DNA of 64,000 bases, taken from Chrysomallon squamiferum. Its lineage: Eukaryota > Animalia > Mollusca. Of this stretch, positions 52,185-64,000 are shown piece after piece; positions within the stretch are counted from its first letter, which is position 1; every line of letters starts with the position of its first letter. The notes below the pieces were generated by a model, which saw only the letters and a program-made list of their open reading frames with translations, was not told the DNA's origin and made no database searches. The position numbers were made by a program, and so were the translations under genes. Where the stretch lies: assembly GCA_012295275.1 (NCBI GenBank), contig CM022673.1, positions 5,952,001-6,016,000 on the forward strand, given 5' to 3'.

Positions 52185-52334
52185 CCTTGATAATATTTAT
52201 TTTCAAAAGATTATTCCAACCTTTGATTGTTGTGGAAAACAAGTATTACCGAAAACACGCTGTAAATCACTAGTTCAAAAACAGAAATGCACATTATTTC
52301 CCAAATATTTCCTTAGCACTATTGCAAAAATAGT

Positions 52335-52870
52335 TTTGTGAAATCACTGTTACAAAATTACTTAGAATAATTTCACCAAACTAGTTCCATGGAGTTACTT
52401 TCTACCAAAAAGTCACATTAGTCACTTTTAATATCAAAATTCTACAATATAATCACTTTGACTAAAGAGTTACAATCACTTTTAGCAAAATAATCACTCC
52501 TGCCAGAAATCACTGTTATCCAAGTTGTAAGACTTAATCACTAACACCAAAACATTCCATAGAATCACTATTACTATACCACTTCCACAGAATCACTATT
52601 ACCAAAACATTTCTACAGAATCACTATTACCAAAACCTTTCCACAGAATCACTATTACCATAATACCTCCGCACAATCACTATTACCAAAACATTTGTAC
52701 AGAATCACGATCACCAAAAACATTTCCACAAAATCACTATTACCAGATTTTTTTTTAAAAATCACTATTACAAAAACTAATCACCAAATATTAAGTCTGA
52801 ATCACTATCATCGGAAATGCTTCACCGAATCACTCTGACTGAAAAAAGTAAGTCACAATCACCATTACAC
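52335..52870. repeat. ~28-bp minisatellite (GAATCACTATTACCAAAACATTTCCACA)
   Basis: Clear copies at 52560-52775, decaying outwards. A related AATCACT/AATCATT repeat lies at ~38735-38905. Confidence 0.85.
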
Positions 52871-55800
52871 AATATCATTATTATTAACCGGAATCTGGAG
52901 ATTTCATCAGGTTTTATTTCGTTATAACAACGCATGTGTATTCGCTATTTCAACAACTCCTTGTTTTGTGTACACAGAGCCTGAGCTATCACTTGCACAA
53001 CATTATCTCATCCACTGCAAACATGTCAGAGTATTCACCACAGCCGCCCACCCTCCACTGAGGTGTGTACTTTACTCTCAGCATAGGCAGTGCCAAGGCA
53101 GGAACAGAATGTCTTACGTGAATTTGATCCTTTTAATTAATTCCACAGCAAGAAAACCACTTGTGTGAGTCTCTAGTGTTTGTTTGTCATTGTCAGTGTG
53201 GTAACAAACAGTAAAATTATCTTTCTGTTTTCTGTTCATTTTTTCATTTTTTATTTTTTATTTTTTTCTACAGAATTGTTTCTGTTATTGTTCTCTTTAG
53301 TTTTCTTCTGTTTGTTTCTTCTTTTGTTTTTTTTTCCCCAATTTTTTTTTTTTTTTTTTTTTTTTTGCTATTGTTTATTAATGGAATTTTTTCTTGAGCA
53401 GTAAATGAGGAATTTTATAACAAGTTAACTAAACAATTTGTATTATAAATGTTTTAAAAAAAAAGAAAAGAAGAAAATGGCTCCAGGAATTCATACTGGC
53501 TACGCAATGATGGTTGTACAGTACTGTCTTCCAATAAGAATTTCAAAAAGCTTGGAATGATTTCAAAAGAGGAAAAACAAAATGATTGGTATCAGAATAC
53601 ATTAAAATAGTGCACTGTTTTTTTTAAAAAAAAAAAAAAAGAAAATCAAAGAAAGAAGAAATAAACAAAATGTATTCAGTTCCAACTTTCTTGCGAAAGC
53701 AATGTCTAATACAAATTGTAAAAATGTCAAGATATAACTTGTTCTTTCCTTTTTGTTTTATTCCCTAATACATATTTTAGAAAAATAAAACTTTCTTAAA
53801 ACTATTCCAGTGAAAATATCAGAATGTCATGAACCATTTCAGAAAAATATAATAGTCTCAAAAAATAAAAATAAAATATTCTGTATTCTGTTTCATTCTT
53901 GTTAGAAAAGAATTTAAAAGACAAACCTTCTGTTAAATGTCAGATACTGATTAAGCTCACCACAAATCAAAACCCCAGTCAGAACTTGAGCATATTTTGT
54001 ATCTCATTCAGTCTCAAATACGTTTTACAAATGTCACTTTTGTCATCAGTGTCGTCTTCATGTATAAAACCATCCAATCAAAACTTTAGACATTTCTATC
54101 ATTTCATTCCCTCAGTGGATTTTCTGAGATCTGGTTTCTTCATTTTGTGCAAATCAATGACACTTTAATTTCCAATCACAAATTTTATAAGAATATAATA
54201 TCATAACCTCGAGACAGTTTTCTCTGAATGTTCAGCTTTCATTTTGTCATAACACTGATGCCAACAGCTATTCAGAATTTTTTTTTTTTTTTAAAAAGAG
54301 AGAAATAAAGAAACTACACTTTTAAGAATCAGTCAACAAAATGGTTTTCTTTGGAAAGATAACTTTCATTTTGTAATGATACTGGTGCTAATAACATGAA
54401 TTTGCACAAAATAATAATAATAATAAGAAGAAGAAGAAGAAGAAGAAGAAGAATATAATAAAATAAAATAATAAGTAAAAGAAATAATATACGTTCAGTG
54501 TTAGCTAAACAAAATCATTTTCTTAAGATGTGAAGCAAACATTTTGTCATAATAGTTGTTCAGAATTCAAAAAAAATAAAATAAAAAAATAATATATATT
54601 TAGTATTAGAGCAACTTAAAAAACAATAATCAAGTTATCCTTTCCAGATATATATCACTCATATTGTCTCAGCATCAGTATCTTACACAGCCAAAAGAAA
54701 TTGAAAAACACACGTCTTCAGATTCCCATTATACAATCTATCTTAGTACAAATGCCAAACAGTTTATCAAAACTTTACAAAAAAAAAAAAAAATTCCAGA
54801 ATTACAATCCACAAGACAATCTGCTGCAAATATATATTTTATCAAAGTAATATTGCCAATATCTGTGAGAATGCAGAAAAAAAAAAAATAATAATTATAT
54901 TATTATTTCTCCAGGGTATCCTTTACTGATAGAGAATTACATTAACACTGATCAGTAGCAATCAGAGCCAGCAGAAACCATAGAGAAATCCTTTCAGTGT
55001 TACATCCATGAGAGAGAGTCTTCTAGGGATACAGAACACTTATTTTAAAACAATTGATAAAATATTCATGAATATTTTTTTATTATTGTATTCATGACAC
55101 CAGCTTCTCCAGATGTTTATCACTTATAGTGTCAAAGCACCAGGGCCTGATACAGACAGTTAAAACTTTATAAAACAAACATTCACAAAACAGTCTTTTC
55201 CATATATATATATATATATATATATATTACTTGTTATCTCATGGCATCTTTGTTACTGAAACAATCAAACATTTTTGAATATTTTAGTATAATATTTGCA
55301 AATGCTGTAACAATGTATATTATATTAGGTGTACTGTTGCAGCATCAGTGTTAAACACAGCCAATGTGAAAAAAGAAATTAAATTTTTATTGCCTTGGAG
55401 ACATTGTTCTTTCCTCCTTATCAGACACCTTCATCACTTGAACCAGAGCCAGGCAAAATTGATATCAGTGGTAAAAATAATTCATTCTATTTTCAGTTCT
55501 TACTTTTTTAAAAATATAAAACGGAGGTATACAACAATGGTTTCTTTCACAACAACAATCTCGCTGTTGGCAGCAAGACCAAGGAATATATTGATTTGAA
55601 AATTACAGAATAATTAGGAAGCCATGTGTTTGGAGATTTCATTTTTTTTTTTTTTTTTCTTCTACTTTTTTAGCTTTATCCTTTTGGGTGTCTTCGGAAA
55701 GCAGGCAATGTAGAAATGAAAATATTTACCACAGCTGTGAAATCTTGGAAACATTTAGGTCTTGCCTGTATATAGACATGAACTGAAACACATGTGCTAT

Positions 55801-55959
55801 ATACTGCCTTGGCTTGGGTAAGGTGATAACCAATTGCATGTGAAAATCTCTCTGGGGTTTTTTGTGTGCCAGTTTGATCAAATCTTTAATTGATAGCCAG
55901 AGATAAATATACGAGATATTAGGTAAATAGTGTAAGGAAAATATTGGGAGTTGGTGAAA

Positions 55960-56005
<46 letters not shown>

Positions 56006-57087
56006 TTGGCTCTGATAAATATATTAATCTGACTGTTTATATGAGTTATCATGTAAACATTTTTGCATGCATTTAAAAACATATGTATGTGATAACCAGA
56101 TGCTTGCTCTCTGGTTTGTCTGTCATGTTCAGTGATGAGTAATGTGTGTGTGTTTAATGTGTGTACATGTCCCAACACATGTAAGCATTTAATCTACTTT
56201 TGTGGTATTTATAAACACTTATTCTCTGTTAACAACTAACAAAATTTCTCTGACAGAATAAATCTTGAAATTTAGATAAGTTAAAAAAAGACACATACAA
56301 ACATCAGTGATAAAAAAAAATAATTTAAAAAATTAGAATCATGACAATAACAACAACACGAACCAACAACAACAGCAATAAGCAGAAGCCCTAATTGCAC
56401 GTCATGATGACAACTCAGTCTGTTTGGACGTTTTGCTCTTTTAGATATCATCTCAAGACTGGTTATTTGTATGTAACACAAAACAATCTCCAACACTAAA
56501 TTTCACAATATCTTTTTTACTCTTCAGAATTTCTACTTTAACAACTTATTCATGTTTTTAGCTGTCCAAACACAAATATATCCACATCTACATAGCACAT
56601 ACTTCAACAAAATGACAAAAATGAAAGAAAAGCTACCTTCTCTCTAATGTAAAAAAAAAAAAAAACCATAAAAAAAATCCTTCATGATTGAACTGATGAC
56701 TACAAATATTTTATACTTTACATGGTCTTAAAACTAGCAGTGTAAAAAGTTCACACAGATTTTTAAAGCTGCTTACCTTTTGACAAAAAAAAAAAAAATA
56801 ATAATAGTAATAATAAATTTAAAAAAATAAAAAATAAAAAGTGACTAAAAGCTGATAAAAATAATTTAAAAACAATGAAAAAAAAATAAAAAAAACTTAA
56901 TAAAGATTTTCAAAAGCAGCTTATGTATACATGTAAGTGCACAAAAGACAATTAATTTTTGAAAACGAAAACCCACGTAAATTAAATTTTAAGATTAAGA
57001 CAAATGTGTAAAGGTAAAAGGATGTTACAAAGAGTCTCAGAGTGTATCATGATGGCTTATATAAGTGGTGTCTGTGAGTATGTTTGT

Positions 57088-57134
<47 letters not shown>

Positions 57135-59273
57135 TGTTTCTGGGTGTTTGCATTTGTAGAAGCATCCCTATACATATTTGCATACATGAATACAAGCATG
57201 CATGGATGTTAAGCTATTTATTTAACAAACAAGTAATATTCCTTTAGTGTGATCACAAAGATTAATTTGATCAAGTCTTTACATACATTTTATCCTACTG
57301 TTAAGACAATATGTACCCACCATAATTCAACTCCCACACATGTTTCTTATTGTTAGCCCAGTATTTTAATGAGATAGTTAAATAACACACTGAGACCATC
57401 AGAGTTAAAAAAAACAAAAACAAAAAACAACGAAAATCTACACCACAGAAAGATTTAGTGTTCTCTGGAGAAGAAAAAGTCGTGAACTATACCAAATGAG
57501 ATTTATTTTTCTGTAAAACAGCTGCATTTAACTTGTACCATTTTCCTCAAGGTCTACGCATCTTAAAGGTTTTGACCAGTTTATATTCTTCTTTCATGAA
57601 GGATTTATTACAATGATAAACAACAAACAAAAGACGATAAAAACAGAGCAAGATGGAAATGTATTGCAGCAGTTTCTTCAACTTCTATGTCAGGAATGTG
57701 AAAACTTGATGAATGGTTTCACAACATGAACCATCACTGGTGGGAACCTGGTACAGGTGTCAAACAGAATGATGGAACTGTGGGATGTACAGAAAAATAA
57801 ATTAAAAGTCTGATAGAAAGAGAGAAAAAACCAAACCCAAAACAGCCAGATGGAAAGAAAATGTAAAACTGCTTCGTTATAATGATTGTAAATTTTATGG
57901 AAGAATGAAGGGTAGAAAATACTAAAGTAGTTTGATAGAGAGAAAATACAGAACAGATTTGTTATGAGAGAATTACAGAATTTTATTGAAGAATGAACAG
58001 TTTTGAATGACAGAAGATGTTTGAGAGAAGAATGGAATTTTACTGAAGAATGAAGGAACAGTTTTGAGGAGAATGAAGAAAACAGAAGAACAGTTTCACT
58101 GGCTGGTTTTGATGGGGGATGGAATTATGGAACAAACAGACAAACAGACAGAATGATAGAACAGTTTGAGAGGAGAATGAAGGAAATTTTGATAAGAGAC
58201 TCATGTCTCACTGGCTGGAACAGTTTGATGTGGGATGGAAGATGTGACAATGTGAGACAGACAGAAAGAGACAGACAGAGAGAGAGAAAGAGAAGAGAGA
58301 GAGAGAGATAGAGAGTGTGAGAGAGAAAGAGAGAGGCAATAGATAGTAGAAACCTGTATCTAGAATATGAACTCTACATTCTGTACATTTGTAATGGCAG
58401 ATTTCAATGTTTTAGAGTAATTTTTTGTTTGTTATTTTTGTCTTGCTACAGCAGTAGCAGAACATTTCAAAACTATGTGTCTTATGTGTATATGCATATT
58501 TGCATGTGTCCATGTGTTTGTATATGAATATTAGCATATATATGTATGTATTTTTTACATCATTTCCTTTATTTTAAATTATTTTCAATAAAAAAAAAAA
58601 AAAAAAAAAAACCCAGATAACATCTGACACTTTATATTTTTTCTTTCCCTCTCTGTATAATAAAAAAAAAAAAAAAAAAAAACAACCCAAAACATTCTAA
58701 AACTTTTATTAAAAGTGCTTCCTTGATGTAATTTCCATTAAGGTTTATAAAAACAGATGTTAGGTCACAACTGATCTGGTTAGGTCTACCCGCTATGATT
58801 AATAGCATCTGAAACTGAGTAATTCAATTGTAGTAATAAAGTCTTGTACAAGATAAAAAAAAAAATATATATATATAAATAATTTTTAAAAAATCTGATA
58901 TGTCTGGCATCTGGCACTCATAGACAATATAACAGATTATTTTTCTCTCCCTCTGGGTTGTTGCCTTCGTGGAGAAATTGGAAAATAATTTGCTTAGTGG
59001 CTTACCTTTGTAAATGCTAATTTCTGTACTTCGTCGTTTAGAGAGTTGCTGCCAAAGGGGAGGCAGTAGTAATTATTATTTTTATGAGGTAATCAAAGCT
59101 TCTGTTAGTGTAATTTTTGGAATGTGTGTCTGTGTATGTGGTATGTTGATTTGCGTGTCTATGTGTTTATGTGTCTGTTTGGTGTGTGTCTGTAGGAATA
59201 TTTGTATTTATGTGAGGTGTGCAATGTGTACATTTACACTTATGTGTGTGTTTGTGTATGTCCATAATATATA

Positions 59274-59315
<42 letters not shown>

Positions 59316-60663
59316 TGTTTTTAATATATAGGTATTCACTTGAATATGTAAGTCTGTATGTGTATGAATCTGAAGAATAATTAATGTATGCATGCTAATT
59401 ACCTCAACAAAAAAAAAAAAAAACCTCAGAAATGTTAAGAAAACTCTATTTAAAAAACATTTTACCAAAACATTTAACATATGGCCTGTCTGTTTTTCAT
59501 GAGCTGTTAATATAAATTTGCTAATTTAAAAAAAAAAAAAATTATTAAAAAATAAAAAAAAAAAAAACCGATTAAGAATGGCTATTTATATGAAGAATTA
59601 GCATCATCTCTTTATTAGAAGAAAAAAAAAAATTGAAAACTTAACAAAATGAATAAAGAAAAAAGTGAAGAATAAAAAAGAACGAATCCACACAACAGCA
59701 ATTCTGACCTAGACAGGTGTTAGTACAGACATCAATAAACTTTTAGCAGCACAAAAAATTAATTGACAAATTGAGAATATATATATATATATATCTATTT
59801 TTAATTAAATCTAAAACAGAACAAAAACAGAAGAAAAAAAAACACACAAAAGAAAAAAAAAAATCATTGTCATGTGACCAGTTTGGACTGAAGCAACACG
59901 TAATTAATGTTTATCAGAGCAATAAAATATGGAATATTTAAAAAAAAAAAAAATTCTTTTTCAATCTAAAACAGAGAATAAACATTTTTGACAAATTTGG
60001 ATTCAAATGACAAATAATAATTTTTTTCAAATACAAGAAATGAATGGAAATTTTAAGAAAACGTATAACTAAAAAAAAAAAATTGAAAATAAAAATGATA
60101 AAACCAGTCATCATTAAAAATTGACCAGTTTGGAATAATCAAAGCTTACAAGTTCAACAAATTAAAAGAAATTTTAAGAAATCGTAAAAAAAAATACAAA
60201 AAAGGCAGCAACTAAGAACAAGACCGTTGACTTTGGACTCAAATAATTATTTTCTACAAGCACAAGAAATTAATGGAAACACTAAAAAGGAAAGTAAAAA
60301 AAAAAGAAAGAAAACACAGAACTGTTCAAATATTGAATGTATTGGGAGAAAGATAAATTTACAAATTACTCAGTGTTTGTTCTGTCTGTTCCATCTCACA
60401 GGTTTTTTACCCCATTAATCAATTGAGAAAGATTTATAAATTCATTTTTTACCAAACAAAGCAGAATTCTTATTACAGCTTGTAGTATTTACAAGATTAA
60501 GAACAGTTCTGAAGTCTTGACTTGTATTGTGAAATGTGTTGTCATTATAAAAAAAAAAAAAAGACAGTTTGATGTTTGTGTATTTATTAGAAGTAAAAAA
60601 AAAAATTATTATATGAATAAAATGCAATTCTTAGCAATACAGTTACTTTCAATGATGGCAAGA

Positions 60664-60699
<36 letters not shown>

Positions 60700-61192
60700 T
60701 TGTGTGTGTGTATGTGTGTATATGTGTGTGTGTATATATGTGTATGCGTGTATGATATATATATATATATATATATATACACAAAAGGCAATATATAAAA
60801 ATTATATATATAAATACAATGACAAGAGAAAATACTGTGGAATTTTACAGAATACAGTTATTTGAATAAGAAAAATTTAACATATATTCATCAACATGTA
60901 ACTAAAATGCATTGTGTATTATGATTTGTATTAATCAATATGATGTGTTCTAAATAGTATCAGTGTAAAAAAGCAAAGTCTATATGACTGAGTTTATAAA
61001 AGCACATTTGTGATAAATTACTTATTTAATGAGTTATTTAGAAAGGTTACACTGTATATGGCTGTAAATATCTATGTGTGCATGATTGTATATAATCTAC
61101 ATGGGTGTGTATATTTATTTGTGTCTGTATGAATGTGTGTGTGTGTGTGTGTGTTTGTGAATATGTATTTGTATTTGTTGTATGTTTCTGTG

Positions 61193-61254
<62 letters not shown>

Positions 61255-61568
61255 AACTGGCATGACAAAGTTTAGGTTAAGTGCATTATTTTCTCTAAGA
61301 TGTGCCACTTAAAGTTTGATCAAAGCACAAATTTAAGCTGATGAACTTGTCACATGACAAACTATGTGAGATGTTTCCAATAAACAATTGATTATATTAA
61401 CAAAACAGTATCCACAGAATTTTCACTTAATCTGTTGCCATAGAAACAAACATGGCTTCCACTGAAGGAAGTGGACTAAGACAAGCATTAAATTATACAT
61501 ATAAAAATATTATCATGCATTCATGTACATAGAGAGACATACATACATACATACATACATACATACTA

Positions 61569-61619
<51 letters not shown>

Positions 61620-61813
61620 TACATACATATATACATACATACATACATACATTCTTACATACATACATCCATACATACATACATACATAATTCATATACA
61701 CACACATATACATACATACTCGGTCTCCTATATATATACCCATCAAATATATACTTCACAAACATATATAGATGCACTGACATATGCTTTACATATACAA
61801 AAATATATTAATT

Positions 61814-61912
<99 letters not shown>

Positions 61913-61981
61913 CACTGTAGGTAATAAAAAATATTCAGATATATGGATATATAATACAGTCTTTCCCACACAGATATATTG

Positions 61982-62026
<45 letters not shown>

Positions 62027-62145
62027 TACATACATACACTCATACACACACACAGACACACACAGAGACAAACACACAGACAAATACACACAAACACACA
62101 CTCACACAGAGACAAACACACTCTGTCTCTCTCTACTTCTCCTAC

Positions 62146-62250
62146 CTCGGTGACGGCAGAACGCCGATGCCAGAACCGTGATGACTGGGCCGCGGCCTCC
62201 AGGTATTTCTTCTCACGGAGATCCACGACTTTTTTTATTGCAGTCTGCAT
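62146..62250 (-). CDS. Candidate alternative first coding exon of ERG (MQTAIKKVVDLREKKYLEAAAQSSRFWHRRSAVTE)
   Basis: ATG at 62250 (a further in-frame ATG at 62349), 35 codons, phase-0 donor GAG|GTAGGA compatible with the phase-0 acceptor at 48060. Lies in a local CpG-rich patch within CpG-poor intron. Confidence 0.6.
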
Positions 62251-62470
62251 GGGTAGAGTTAGCAGCGACAGACAGCAGACACACAGACACACGGACACAT
62301 GAGCGAACCAGCGAGGGTTCGACACCGACAGGTGCTGTTTGTCCTGCATTCACTCGTCGAAGATAATGATCTCAATCAGAAACACTGCGGTTATGTAACA
62401 ACAGTCTCACTCCACGGTTTGTGTCAAGCTTAACTGTTCAGTTGTAAGGTGGTTATGTGATTAATTATAG
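62251..62470 (-). promoter_or_regulatory. Putative internal promoter / 5' UTR for the short ERG isoform
   Basis: Cluster of CpGs at ~62140-62420 in an otherwise CpG-depleted ~14-kb intronic region, directly upstream of the candidate first exon. Confidence 0.4.
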
Positions 62471-62569
62471 ATAATCACCTGGATGAACAGCTTAGGCTGG
62501 GTTTGTTTTTATATTTGTTTTCTATCTCACAAGCAGAGAAGAAATAAAAAAAACACATTATGGTGCCAG

Positions 62570-62855
62570 TTATAACAGGTATGTAATAGTTAATACAAAT
62601 GTATTCATTAAATGGATGATGTTACAGGTATGTAACAGACAGTACAGTATTCATTAAATAGGTGATATAGGTATAAAACAGGCAGTACAGTATAAATGAA
62701 ATAGGTGATGTTACAGGCAGTAGTACAGTATACATGAAATTGGTGATGTTATTGGTACAAAGCAGGCAGTACAGTATACATGAAATAGGTGATGTTACAG
62801 GTATATAATAGGCAGTACAGTATATATTAAATAGGTGATGTTACAGGTATGCAGA
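62570..62855. repeat. ~40-bp minisatellite (GGTGATGTTACAGGTAT....GGCAGTACAGTATACATGAAATA)
   Basis: About six copies. Confidence 0.85.
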
Positions 62856-64000
62856 TAGTTTCTACTCACAGGTAAAAAATAAAAGTAAATATTTTACCTG
62901 TATGTTAAATATCTTACACTTTCAATAAAAAGTTACAAGAAATAAGTGACATGCCTGTTTTAATAATTAATTTTAAAATGACAGGACACCTTATAACATT
63001 TTTTTTAAAATGATAAATCACTATTTTTCATCACATATTTTAGTGAAATAACTGGTTTTTAATTAACAGTATGTGACTAACTCAAAAAAAATTGGTTAAC
63101 TAATATACGTCACTGTCTGTTTCAAATCTCTTCATGAAATAAGAGTTTTTTTTTTTTAAATATATTGTTTTTTGCATATCTGCTAATGTTTTAACATTTT
63201 TATAATAAAAAAAAAAATTTAAATTATTTTCATCATTAATCCTAGTAACAATTCTTAAAAATGATATATCACTATCATTTCACTCCTGTAAAATGATATA
63301 GTGTTTTGATTAAAAATGATATATCACTGACAAGTGTATAATAATTCTGTTTACTATCCAGTGGAACATTTAACAGTGGAAAGAAAGGAATAATTCTTGT
63401 TTTTCCTTCTTTTAACAAGACACAGCACACATTTTTATCATCTGTCAGACTCCTGTGACATTACAATATGGTCAAAAACAGGATTTAAACTATACCACTG
63501 CATTCAGAATTAACTCCTGTGAAGTGATGGATTATTTTAACTGTACCATTGTTATATATATCCAACAGCAATATCTCAAATTCCACACAAACAATAGTTC
63601 ACCTGTTTTCTCATTCAAAGAGAAGACATTTAAGTGTCTGCTGATGGATGGTTGTGTTGTCTGTAACAACAATGGTTTAAAAGTTTCCAAAGAATGAATG
63701 TATTTAATTACCTTAGTGGAAAAATAGTTTTTTTGTTTTTCACAACTTGGTCACTATATTTATCTCACATACATATTTAAATTTCTGTTCACAAAGTGTT
63801 CATTTGTTCATAGTAACACATAAAACAACTGACAGTTAGAGAAGCACCTGGATTTCAATACACAAAGTAATTCATTAGTTTCCTGTTTGGATCAGAATAC
63901 AACACAACTGTTCATCAAACGATATATAAAGTATTTGTTTTCTAATTAGAATAGATACAAAAATATTTGTTCTTTTGCTGGTTATAGATGGTGCTAAATT

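Noticed and set aside
53950-54170. Possible further ERG upstream exon (donor-like GTG|GTGAGC at ~53960)
   Set aside because: All three minus frames contain stops within this interval; no coherent coding exon.
62300-62335. Perfect B-box GGTTCGACACC (62316-62326) suggesting a tRNA
   Set aside because: No T-stem pairing, A-box or cloverleaf could be built.

Overview
Eukaryotic, very AT-rich, microsatellite-dense invertebrate DNA; a mollusc or other lophotrochozoan is an inference from composition and protein style, not proven. Three spliced genes can be built by hand from GT-AG junctions with consistent phases. (1) A paraxis/scleraxis (TCF15/SCX) bHLH gene on +: exon 1 at 10831-11337 and most likely terminal exon 23893-23952, in about 26 kb of CpG-retaining sequence with several enhancer-like islands. 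(2) A complete 7-exon ELL-associated factor gene (EAF1/2) on + at 26714-29407, 214 aa. (3) A convergent ERG/KCNH2-family K+ channel on - with 13 exons from 48060 to the stop at 37692 (S1-S6, GFG pore, C-linker/CNBHD, coiled coil). No PAS-domain exons were found in the window. Two phase-0 candidate alternative first exons lie upstream of the VLSLGADV exon. One (62250-62146) encodes a basic 35-aa N-terminus that parallels mammalian hERG1b in architecture. One ERG exon boundary (~41.7 kb) is entangled with a minisatellite built from that exon's 3' end plus a splice donor and may be mis-assembled. Most ORFs in the track are microsatellite artefacts.
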